Shown in pieces: positions 10,829 through 18,610 of a DNA stretch of 32,000 nucleotides. The notes below the pieces were generated by a model, which was not told the DNA's origin, made no database searches, and saw only the letters and a list, made by a program, of their open reading frames with translations. The position numbers and the translations under genes were made by a program. The DNA is from Dickeya dadantii NCPPB 898 (lineage in GTDB: Bacteria > Pseudomonadota > Gammaproteobacteria > Enterobacterales > Enterobacteriaceae), in assembly GCF_000406145.1 (NCBI RefSeq), contig NZ_CM001976.1, forward strand, positions 1,580,239-1,612,238. The letters run 5' to 3'. Position 1 is the first letter of the stretch. Every line of letters begins with the position of its first letter.

Positions 10829-11057
10829 AATTAATATCCTTATTTATTGAGTTGGTGTTATCATTGATTTTTTATTTTATAATATTCTATTTAAAAATAG
10901 GCTTCATTTCAAATAAAATCGTCTCAATTAGCATGGCTTTATTTCATTTGCATTGCTTAATGATAAATATAGAAATAATATAATGGACATCTAAAATGTT
11001 CGTTTAGGAACTAACTGAACGTATAAGTTGTTTTCTCCTATTACCTTCTTCCCTGTC

Positions 11058-11194
11058 AAATCAACCCGCCTCACCACCTGTCCTTTTTCCTTCACCATTT
11101 CGTCATCCACGCTTCGCCGGCCTGTCACACAGTTTTGCCAACATAATCGCCAATCCCACTGATTGAAGCGATGTACCACGCTGCCCGCTGGCGG
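11058..11194 (+). repeat. Copy A of a 137/138-bp direct repeat
   Basis: AAATCAACCCGCCTCACCACCTGTCCTTTTTCCTTCACCATTTCGTCATCCACGCTTCGCCGG...CGCTGCCCGCTGGCGG aligns with 17222-17359 with 4 substitutions and one 1-bp indel. Weaker similarity extends about 35 bp to the left of both copies. Confidence 0.9.
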
Positions 11195-11222
11195 TGGTAC
11201 TAAAAACCGAAGGGACTACATG

Positions 11223-12053
11223 TCAGCGGGTTTGACTGAGAATAATACGGTCGAATAGACGGTCACCCAGCCAGACGCGCATACGGATGAGCATCTTTGC
11301 AAACTTACCGGCAGCATAGCGTGTACGCGGGTTGCGGCTTTTCACTGCACGGGAAACCACTTCAGCAATGACCTCCGGAGAACTGCCAGTGCCCTGCCCA
11401 TAAGTATTTTTTATCGACATGGACACCCTCTTCACCAGGTGACCATACGGCCCACTGGCCGAACGTTTGACAATGCTGTCATTTGCGGCATCTCCGAAGC
11501 CCGTCTCTATGACCCCCGGTTCGACGATCACGACCTTTATGCCGAATTCGGCAACTTCGAGCCGCAGGCAGTCTGACCAGCCTTCCAGTGCGTGTTTGGT
11601 GGCGTGATACCAGGCCCCCAGAATGCTGTACATCTTTCCTCCCATGGAGGAGATGTTGATAATACGCCCGGAGCGTCTGGCACGCATGGCGGGGAGCAGC
11701 AGCTGCGTGAGCCGCGCGGCACCGAACAGGTTGACCTCAAACTGATAGCGAGCTTCGTCAATACCAATCTCTTCTACGGGCCCGTACAGACCAAAGCCGG
11801 CGTTGTTGACCAGCACATCGACACCGCCAGTCTGAGCCAGAATGGTGTTTACTCCGGATACAATCTCCTCATCCCTGGAAATATCCATCCGCAGCGGTTG
11901 TGCTCCGAGCCGGGCAAGGTCAGCCATTTTTTCGATATTGCGGGCGGCCACGTAGACCTGATAGCCATCCTTAATAAGACGACGAGCAATGGTCTTGCCC
12001 ATGCCTGACGATGCGCCGGTGACCAGCGCGGTTTTCTTTTCCTGAGTAAACAT
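11223..12053 (-). CDS. Short-chain dehydrogenase/reductase (classical SDR)
   Basis: From MFTQEKKTALVTGASSGMGKTIARRL (TGxxxGxG), with NNAG and S...YxxxK (YHATKHAL). GAGGTG SD precedes ATG 12053. The longer annotated ORF start would overlap the upstream gene. Confidence 0.88.
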   Translation of the reverse strand: MFTQEKKTALVTGASSGMGKTIARRLIKDGYQVYVAARNIEKMADLARLGAQPLRMDISRDEEIVSGVNTILAQTGGVDVLVNNAGFGLYGPVEEIGIDEARYQFEVNLFGAARLTQLLLPAMRARRSGRIINISSMGGKMYSILGAWYHATKHALEGWSDCLRLEVAEFGIKVVIVEPGVIETGFGDAANDSIVKRSASGPYGHLVKRVSMSIKNTYGQGTGSSPEVIAEVVSRAVKSRNPRTRYAAGKFAKMLIRMRVWLGDRLFDRIILSQTR

Positions 12054-12114
12054 AGGCACCTCGTTTAATGACCTGCTGCCAGTTTGCCTGAACAGATGCC
12101 TGATTGTTCTTGCA

Positions 12115-13116
12115 TTACGCGTCAGAGTTCTTGCCAGGTACGCCAACCGGAGCGGGGAGAGCGCTTCTTTCAGGCAAACGGAAATGCCGTAACGCCGATC
12201 TTATCGCTGGCAGTTTTTCAACGGCAGCCTGATAGCCCAGACGGCGTGCTGTTTCACGCGCTTTGGCGTCGTTTATTCCTGCGGGTTTGACTGCCGGGGT
12301 GACGAGGACATCTGCTGAATCCGCTTCAGGGCTGGCGAGCAGACAGCTTTGTGCCTGCGATACGCGTAACAGCATTGAGAGTGCTGAGTTCATCGGGTAC
12401 TGCTGCCCATGGCAGTAAATATCGACGGCGATCACCACATCGGCACCCAGCGCGCGGGCAGCCCGTACAGGAACCAGTGCGCTGACTCCACCATCGACCA
12501 GCGTCAGACCATTGCTCTCTACCGGCAAGAACACGCCCGGTATGGCTGCCGAGGCTCTCAGTCCCTGACCGGCATCTCCCGCCGTGATCACATACGGCAG
12601 CGAAAGATTCAGCGCTGTTGCTACTGCGGCGAAGCGCACAGGGAAGCGTTCAATGACTTTTCCCCCGACCAGGTTATCTGCCCAGAGTGCAAGAGCATTC
12701 CCCCTGACAAAACCTGGGCCGCTCATACTCAAATCGGCCAGAGAAAGTACCCGCAGGGTAGTGGCCAGATGCCAGATCTGGCTGGGGGAGTTACCCGACG
12801 CATAGGCAGCCCCGATGATGCTTCCGATTGATGTCCCAACAACGATGTCGGGCCGGATACCCGCATCTTCCAGTGCCTGCAGCACGCCTATATGTGCATA
12901 GCCGCGCAGACCGCCGCCTCCAAGTACCAGAGCCACCTGTGGTCGGGTGGTTGTCGGCAAGGGAGAGAGAACGGAGCCCGGGTTCTGTAAGCGGCCATCA
13001 ATCAGCAGGCTGCCTGAAAAATTGTTGCGGGCAGGAAGACCGGCGGTTGAACAGGCCGCGAGCAGACAGACCATAAAAAGCATCAACATGCTTCGACCGG
13101 AAAGGCTCGCTTTCAT
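12115..13116 (-). CDS. Patatin-like phospholipase with a lipoprotein signal peptide
   Basis: It has a lipobox (MLMLFMVCLLAAC), the oxyanion motif GGGGLRG, the nucleophile elbow GTSIG (GxSxG) and a downstream DGG. It starts 1 nt after the upstream gene's stop. Confidence 0.88.
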   Translation of the reverse strand: MKASLSGRSMLMLFMVCLLAACSTAGLPARNNFSGSLLIDGRLQNPGSVLSPLPTTTRPQVALVLGGGGLRGYAHIGVLQALEDAGIRPDIVVGTSIGSIIGAAYASGNSPSQIWHLATTLRVLSLADLSMSGPGFVRGNALALWADNLVGGKVIERFPVRFAAVATALNLSLPYVITAGDAGQGLRASAAIPGVFLPVESNGLTLVDGGVSALVPVRAARALGADVVIAVDIYCHGQQYPMNSALSMLLRVSQAQSCLLASPEADSADVLVTPAVKPAGINDAKARETARRLGYQAAVEKLPAIRSALRHFRLPERSALPAPVGVPGKNSDA

Positions 13117-13117
13117 G

Positions 13118-13786
13118 TCAGCCGGATCGCTTTCCCAGCCTGATCAGCTGGTCAGAAGCCAGGACCTCAATCCCCTCTGTCGTGGGTACCGTCTGCGCCA
13201 GCGATCGGGCAACAGCCAGAGCGCGTACGGGTTTGTAAGCCCCGGGCAAAAGGGGAGATAGCAGCCTGGCTATCGGTATGGAAATCAGTTCGCCCAGGCG
13301 TACTGGCTGCCCCAGTCCATAACGGTAGTCAAGCAGAAAAGAGGGGCGCGCGATCACCAGTGTGGTAAATGGCAGGGCGCTGATCGCTGCTTCCAGTTCG
13401 CCTTTAACGCGGGTGTAAAACAGGGATGACTTCACATTTGCAGCTCCCGCGCTGACCAGTCCCATACGGCGGACGCCTGCCGAAAGCGCGGCTCTGGCAA
13501 CCGCCAGACAGGCATCGAAATCCACAGCCCGGAACGCTTCCCTGCTACCCGCGACGTTAATCGTTGTCCCCAGTGCAATGTAGGCTTCATCCGCATGAGG
13601 AAGTTGTGGCAAGGAAGTAAAATCGATCAGGTGGACCTGCAACTTCGGGTGGTTGATTTTCAGTGGCTTACGGCCCAGTGCATGGATGCTGACAACACCC
13701 GGGTCGTTCAGCAAAATTTGTAACAACTGGCCCCCCACCAGACCGGTGGCGCCCGCAAGCAGTACAACACGCTTTTTTTCTGGCAT
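13118..13786 (-). CDS. NAD(P)H-binding protein (atypical SDR / NmrA-like fold)
   Basis: The N-terminal Rossmann motif is MPEKKRVVLLAGATGLVGGQLL, in a 222-aa protein with no classical YxxxK context. Confidence 0.75.
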   Translation of the reverse strand: MPEKKRVVLLAGATGLVGGQLLQILLNDPGVVSIHALGRKPLKINHPKLQVHLIDFTSLPQLPHADEAYIALGTTINVAGSREAFRAVDFDACLAVARAALSAGVRRMGLVSAGAANVKSSLFYTRVKGELEAAISALPFTTLVIARPSFLLDYRYGLGQPVRLGELISIPIARLLSPLLPGAYKPVRALAVARSLAQTVPTTEGIEVLASDQLIRLGKRSG

Positions 13787-13803
13787 CGTTATGATGTTCT
13801 CTT

Positions 13804-14814
13804 TTAATTAAGACGCAGGGATTCCCTGACTGTTTCAGGTGTCTGGCCGGTCCAGGCCATAAATGCACGGTAGAATGAGTTTGGGTCTTCAAAACCAAGC
13901 AGGAATGCAATTTCATAACCGGACAGACTGGTATTGCACAGATAGTGGCGGGCAAGGTTTTCCCTGCAACTGTTGATAAGGACGCGAAAACTTTCCCCTT
14001 CATTTTCGAGCCTGCGCTGTAGTGTGCGTTTGCTCATACCCAGGCGTTCCGCCGTTTTCTCGATGGTGGCTTCGTTACCCGGCAGAAGTTCCAGTAGTAC
14101 CGCGCGCACGCGTTCAGCGGTTGACGCCGTTTCATCTAACTGACTGAGACGGCGGCGCAGTTCAGGCTCAAATACTTGCCACATTCCTTCGTTCACCGTC
14201 AAAAACGGTCGGAGTGCATCCGCGGCCGAAATACTGATGGCTGGTTTTTCACCATATTGCACGGCTATACCGAAGAAGCGGTCATAGTGGCGAGCCGAAA
14301 CACGAGGAGGAAGTTGTGGGATCACCACCCGTAGCGCTTTAACCGGTTCACGGGTTCCAAGCCGTAGCAGCCGTAGTAAAAAGGCAAGTTCAGCGACCTG
14401 CAACGATGCGGGTATGTCTGTCGCGACAGACAACCATTGCGGGTACACGGTCAGGTTCCCGGTTTGATCCACGGTTGTTTCCAGAACCATCGGGGCAATG
14501 AGCTGCTTATATCTGGCTAGCCGCTGTACCGCCTGCATCATATTGGTGCTGCACAGTGCGGCGAAGAGCGGAGGATCGAACACTTCTGCAGTAACCATTT
14601 CTACCAGGCGCAAGGGAAACGCAGCATCATTAGCCTCTGTCTCCAGTGTGCGCCAGAAACGAAAATATTCGTCAGTGCCAAGGCCACGCTCTGACCTTGA
14701 AAAAAGATCGTCGGGCAATCCTGCCTTTCGCAGGACATGTTCAGGCTGCAGTCCTGCATCTTTCAGCAGCGTTCTCCAGCCGATATCGAGAGAGAAAGTG
14801 CGGTTACGTGCCAT
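13804..14814 (-). CDS. AraC-family transcriptional regulator
   Basis: The C-terminal double HTH reads ...ATIEKTAERLGMSKRTLQRRLENEGESFRVLINSCRENLARHYL....SGYEIAFLLGFEDPNSFYRAFMAWTGQTP. It is the first gene of a four-gene same-strand cluster. Confidence 0.88.
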   Translation of the reverse strand: MARNRTFSLDIGWRTLLKDAGLQPEHVLRKAGLPDDLFSRSERGLGTDEYFRFWRTLETEANDAAFPLRLVEMVTAEVFDPPLFAALCSTNMMQAVQRLARYKQLIAPMVLETTVDQTGNLTVYPQWLSVATDIPASLQVAELAFLLRLLRLGTREPVKALRVVIPQLPPRVSARHYDRFFGIAVQYGEKPAISISAADALRPFLTVNEGMWQVFEPELRRRLSQLDETASTAERVRAVLLELLPGNEATIEKTAERLGMSKRTLQRRLENEGESFRVLINSCRENLARHYLCNTSLSGYEIAFLLGFEDPNSFYRAFMAWTGQTPETVRESLRLN

Positions 14815-15467
14815 TGTCAGATTTCCGGGAGTGAATGACCTTCGAATATGAAACGGGTTTCAGGTAACAGCATAACGTTTCAATCCGGGTGGTGACATTC
14901 ATAAGGCGCCATATTTATGGTAAAGCGCGACAGAAACTGAAGCCTGTGAATCACCTTCTACATCAGGCAATAACCATATCCGTATTTTTACAGCCGGGTA
15001 TCTTGAGGTTTCTTCTCCTCACTTTTATCAACTACCGGATGATCAGCGCATGTACTTATGTCTTTGTCTGCTTTGGCACGAGGCTGACAGGCTGGAGAGC
15101 TGTCAGGTCTGGCATGAGCGAGGGGCGGAAGTTCGTAATTTCTCTCACTACTGCGAAATGGATTACACAAGGGTTATTCTTTATATTAAATAGCGTTATA
15201 TATTTTTCCAGACAATTGCAACTATGGGAATATGTAGTAGTTGCGCTTTTCGAAAAGAGGCCAATACACCTACATTCTCATAATGTATACGGGGAAATAA
15301 AAACCAAGTGAATGTGATTGTTTGTTTGATATCAGGGGAAATATATTTTTAAGTTTTTCATTTATTGATTTCTGGTAATGGATGAGAAATAGTATTTGAG
15401 TAATTTCTCTAATCAGTTTAACTTAAACTCTAACGTACAATTATCGATATGTCCGGGATGAAAGCAT

Positions 15468-15896
15468 ATGAATGATAACATGTTTAAAAAGTATGAGTTC
15501 AACATGGAAGAAGATATTGATGTGGTTATAAATGTCAATGTTTTTTGCCAGGAAAAATTTTTAGAGCATAAGTCTAAGCTGAACAAGCTTGGATGTATTG
15601 AACAGAAACTGATGGTGATGCAATATTTCAACATATTAAATGAACTCAGTACCCAAGCTTGTGATTGTTTAAAATCTAATAGGTTATCAGTAGTTGAAGT
15701 TTTAACAAGGGTAATAATGGAGCAAGTTGCGAATCAAAGCTACATAGCTGCTGATGATGGAAAAAATTCGCAGTCATTACTTATAGCCTGTAAAAAATGC
15801 TTATTAAAAACGGAAATAATTGGCTGTCGCACCTCAACTCTAGTGGAAAAAAGAATCCAGCGGCACAAGAAAGAATTAGAATGGGTAATTTTTTGA
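15468..15896 (+). CDS. Hypothetical protein (142 aa), AT-rich islet
   Basis: It is a long ORF for such AT-rich DNA and I recognise no family. Its 3' end overlaps the next ORF, and the two frames are linked by an A6 run (15847-15852). Confidence 0.5.
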   Translation: MNDNMFKKYEFNMEEDIDVVINVNVFCQEKFLEHKSKLNKLGCIEQKLMVMQYFNILNELSTQACDCLKSNRLSVVEVLTRVIMEQVANQSYIAADDGKNSQSLLIACKKCLLKTEIIGCRTSTLVEKRIQRHKKELEWVIF

Positions 15897-16297
15897 CAGA
15901 GCATTATAGTAGTAGGTGGCCTGATACTCCGTCCTATCCAGGCGTCCGGAGATTATTTGAAGCCCTTGATTGGGAAAATCAGTATCATGCCTATTACGTT
16001 CCATTATGCGATTCTGTTCATACCTTTGCTGATGACATGGCTAATATTGTTGATTTGTTCCACGCGGGAACGCTATGTGACGAAATTATGGTGGATGGGA
16101 TGAAGTTCATAAAACAGGAGCATAGACGTCTAGCTATATATAATTTTTCATTAGCAACTGGGTTAAGATGTGTATCGTTAATGAATGTTTTTTCAGCTGC
16201 AGGTTATGAAGAAATATTAGATGAGATGCAGCCTAGACTTGAGAAAATGGAACAGATTCTAATCCGCAATGATGAATACGATCACTCAAGGATATAA
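15881..16297 (+). CDS. Hypothetical protein (138 aa from ATG 15881; the frame is open back to 15797)
   Basis: The ORF continues the same AT-rich unit (MGNFLTEHYSSRWPDTPSYPG...YHAYYVPLCDSVHTFADDM...). It may be the C-terminal half of a single about 275-aa protein with the preceding ORF. Confidence 0.5.
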   Translation: MGNFLTEHYSSRWPDTPSYPGVRRLFEALDWENQYHAYYVPLCDSVHTFADDMANIVDLFHAGTLCDEIMVDGMKFIKQEHRRLAIYNFSLATGLRCVSLMNVFSAAGYEEILDEMQPRLEKMEQILIRNDEYDHSRI

Positions 16298-16491
16298 ATG
16301 CATTCTCAATAAAAGCCACACTTATTAGCAATGGTTATAACGGGTAGAGTGACCTGCTCCCCGTATAACAATATCCGCTTCTGGTACGGAGCGGACAGTG
16401 TGGAGAACTTTTATATCAGCTATGGCCGAGGGGCGTACGTTCAGATTATGGTAGAAATACCCCTGGACTGTTAGGTGCCGCCAGCATAATT

Positions 16492-16518
16492 AAAAAAAGC
16501 TCCCGACAGAGAGCTTTT
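16492..16518 (-). terminator. Hairpin terminator downstream of the Cys-rich gene
   Basis: On the minus strand, AAAGCTC-tctgtcgg-GAGCTTT is followed by TTTTTAA. Confidence 0.6.
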
Positions 16519-16525
16519 GGATCTC

Positions 16526-16744
16526 TTAACTAGTGTGGCATGGCTTACAGCAATAGTAGCAACCGTTAATTCTATAGCCCGGCCAGCGGCGTTTAGCATC
16601 AAGAACAGCACTTTGGCAGGATGGGTGATAGCCCAAAGAAATTTGGTTCTCTGAAGCAGGCATATAAGAACAACCATTAGTGACATCATGTACTTCATGA
16701 TCACCATTAGCTTGCTGGTTTTTGTTGATAACATAGTTAGGCAT
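16526..16744 (-). CDS. 72-aa Cys/His-rich small protein, putative metal-binding, function unknown
   Basis: MPNYVINKNQQANGDHEVHDVTNGCSYMP...LGYHPSCQSAVLDAKRRWPGYRINGCYYCCKPCHTS. A strong SD (GAGGAG) lies 5 nt upstream. It has six Cys and a C-terminal CxxCCxxCH cluster. It resembles a widespread uncharacterised mini-protein family I recall (...NGDHEVH...GC...NGCxxC...CHT). Confidence 0.72.
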   Translation of the reverse strand: MPNYVINKNQQANGDHEVHDVTNGCSYMPASENQISLGYHPSCQSAVLDAKRRWPGYRINGCYYCCKPCHTS

Positions 16745-17221
16745 TCTATCTCCTCGTTTTTTAGTACGAAAATAGTGTGCTGCGCTTCTCTTACATCGGT
16801 TTTTGTACTGGGGATTTCAAGCTCGTATTATATTATTTTTAATTTTGTTGATAGAGTTAACATTCCAGATGTAATCGTGCAGTGTTTTCCTCTGTAAAGT
16901 GGATCGGTATTGAACCGCTAATGCGCCCATAAACATCGTTTGAGCAGTGCTCCACTCCCGATTGGATAACATACGTTGAAGATGAAGCATCCACTTTTGG
17001 CTAGCTCTTGCAGGGCGAGGAGCTTAGGCACTTTTTCCGCAAAGTCGCGTTACATCTGGCTAGTGATGTGTTGCTCTTTCGCGACTGCCACACGTCAATA
17101 AATGACAGATGTAGCGGTATTAGGCGCAGCTATTTAGGCATAGCCCTGAGCCACAAAGCACTAGCTCAAATCTGAGCCAATACACATAAGATGTTCTTCG
17201 CCCACTACCTGCCTATCTATT

Positions 17222-17359
17222 AAATCAACCCGCCTCGCCACCTGTCCTTTTTCCTTCACCATTTCGTCATCCACGCTTCGCCGGTCTGTCACACAGCTTT
17301 TGCCAACATAATCGCCAATCCCCCTGATTGAAGCGATGTACCGCGCTGCCCGCTGGCGG
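17222..17359 (+). repeat. Copy B of the 137/138-bp direct repeat, immediately upstream of phnF
   Basis: See copy A. It ends 81 bp before the phnF ATG. Confidence 0.9.
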
Positions 17360-17440
17360 CATTCCGGTCCCGCTTCGTGGCTAACCGATCCGCGAGCGAA
17401 TGTCCGCCCGGAAAGGCTCCCTGCGAGCAGGAGTTTTTTT

Positions 17441-18160
17441 ATGGACATGATATCTAGACATCCTACCACTGTGTATCAGGCTATCGCCGCCCGGCTGGAA
17501 GAAGAGCTGCGCACCGTCTACCGCTGCGGTGACTATCTGCCGTCCGAGCAGCAGTTGGCGGCGCGCTACGAGGTCAATCGCCATACGCTGCGCCGAGCGG
17601 TGGATGAACTGGTCAATAAAGGGCTGGTGCAGCGTCGGCATGGCGTCGGCATTCTGGTGCTGATGCGACCTTATGACTATCCGTTGCATGCGCAGGCGCG
17701 TTTCAGCCAAAACCTGCTGGAGCAGGGCAGTCATCCCACCAGCGAGCGGTTGCTGGCGGTATTGCGCCCGGCCAACGCCGATGTGGCGGCGGCGCTGGGG
17801 CGGGAAGATGGCGACGAGGTAATCCACCTGCGCACCCTGCGCCGGGTCAACGGCGTGCCGGTATCGCTGATCGATCACTACCTGCCGGCGCTGGACTGGT
17901 GGCCGGCGTTGCAGCGTTTCACCAGCGGGTCGCTGCACGATTTTCTGGCCCGCGAGCTACAGCAATCCCTGACCCGCCGCCAGACCCGCATCAGCGCCCG
18001 CGCATCGCAGGCAAAAGAAGCGCAGTTACTGGAGGTGGCGCGGCAAACCCCGCTGATGTGCATCCGCACGCTCAATATTTGCAGCGGCAGCGACCGGGTG
18101 GCGGAGTATTCCGTCAGTCTGGCGCGGGCCGACATGATCGAACTGACAATGGAGCACTGA
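17441..18160 (+). CDS. phnF: Phosphonate metabolism transcriptional regulator PhnF (GntR/UTRA)
   Basis: From MDMISRHPTTVYQAIAARLEEELRTVYRCGDYLPSEQQLAARYEVNRHTLRRAVDELV... the protein is colinear with remembered E. coli PhnF. GCAGGAG lies 7 nt upstream of ATG 17441. Confidence 0.93.
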   Translation: MDMISRHPTTVYQAIAARLEEELRTVYRCGDYLPSEQQLAARYEVNRHTLRRAVDELVNKGLVQRRHGVGILVLMRPYDYPLHAQARFSQNLLEQGSHPTSERLLAVLRPANADVAAALGREDGDEVIHLRTLRRVNGVPVSLIDHYLPALDWWPALQRFTSGSLHDFLARELQQSLTRRQTRISARASQAKEAQLLEVARQTPLMCIRTLNICSGSDRVAEYSVSLARADMIELTMEH

Positions 18161-18610
18161 ATGGCAACCCAAACCGCAAGGCAACGCTGGCTGTCGGTAC
18201 TGGCGCACAGCGATCCGGAGCAACTGCAACGCCACTGGCAACCGCTGAGTCTGCATCCGGCCTGGCAAACATTACGGGCGCCGGAAACCGGGCTGGCTCG
18301 TTTGCAGGCGCGCATCGGCGCGACCGGCAATCGCTTCGTGCTGGGTGATGTCACCGTCACCCGCGCGGTGGTTCGGCTGGACGACGGCACCTGCGGCTAC
18401 AGCTACGTTACCGGCCGCAACAAGCCCCACGCCGAGCTGTGCGCGGTGATCGACGCCTTGTTGCAACAGCAGGGCACGCAAAGCGCGCTCTACCAACAAC
18501 TGATCGTGCCGCTGGCCGCTACCCGTGACGAGTTGCGTCAGCAACGGGCGCGGGAGATAGCCAGCAGCAAGGTCGATTTCTTTACGCTGGTGCGAGGAGA
18601 TAACGCATGA
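18161..18610 (+). CDS. phnG: C-P lyase core complex subunit PhnG
   Basis: ...RQRWLSVLAHS...ETGLARLQARIGATGNRF.LGD.TVTRA.VRL.DGT.GYS...KVDFFTLVRGDNA matches E. coli PhnG. It starts directly after the phnF stop. Confidence 0.93.
   Translation: MATQTARQRWLSVLAHSDPEQLQRHWQPLSLHPAWQTLRAPETGLARLQARIGATGNRFVLGDVTVTRAVVRLDDGTCGYSYVTGRNKPHAELCAVIDALLQQQGTQSALYQQLIVPLAATRDELRQQRAREIASSKVDFFTLVRGDNA

Noticed and set aside
10991-11179. ORFs running through the 137-bp direct repeats: 10991-11179 (-) in copy A and 17161-17469 (-) in copy B.
   Set aside because: The copy B ORF would overlap the phnF start and SD. The 1-bp indel puts the N-terminal parts of the two copies in different frames, and there are no convincing SDs. 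The similar C-terminal translations are noted in the findings as a possible gene remnant, but neither ORF is called as a CDS.
12115-13116. The patatin-like phospholipase considered as a CBASS CapV-type defence effector.
   Set aside because: It carries a lipoprotein signal peptide. No cyclase, nucleotide-sensing or other CBASS component is adjacent, and it sits in an operon with two oxidoreductases under an AraC regulator.
15073-15106. Sigma-54-like TTGGCACG motif (15073-15080), followed by the inverted repeat CTGACAG...CTGTCAG (15084-15106).
   Set aside because: The -24 element is good, but the -12 GC is missing at the required spacing (TGGCACgaggcTGACA). The nearest plus-strand gene is about 390 bp away.
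14889-15311. 140-aa GTG-start ORF in the AraC upstream region.
   Set aside because: It has no SD, an odd composition (Phe/Ile/Leu-rich with no clear membrane topology) and no recognisable family. It lies in what is more simply the 650-bp divergent promoter/junction region.
16817-16990. 57-aa minus-strand ORF (MLHLQRMLSNREWSTAQTMFMGALAVQYRSTLQRK...) upstream of the Cys-rich gene.
   Set aside because: It is short with only a weak SD (AGTGG) and no recognisable family. It is mentioned under the Cys-rich finding but not called.
16900-17221. A search for an integrase, transposase or tRNA remnant at the right edge of the accessory segment.
   Set aside because: All six frames are broken by stops. 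I recognise no integrase-like motifs and no tRNA-like cloverleaf, so nothing can be supported.
17286-17312. Pho-box-like CTGTCAC-acag-CTTTTGC plus CATAAT inside repeat copy B, considered as the phnF promoter.
   Set aside because: The second half-site is weak (4/7). The -10-like hexamer is only 3 nt from the box rather than about 10, and copy A has a 1-bp deletion within it. The call is too speculative.
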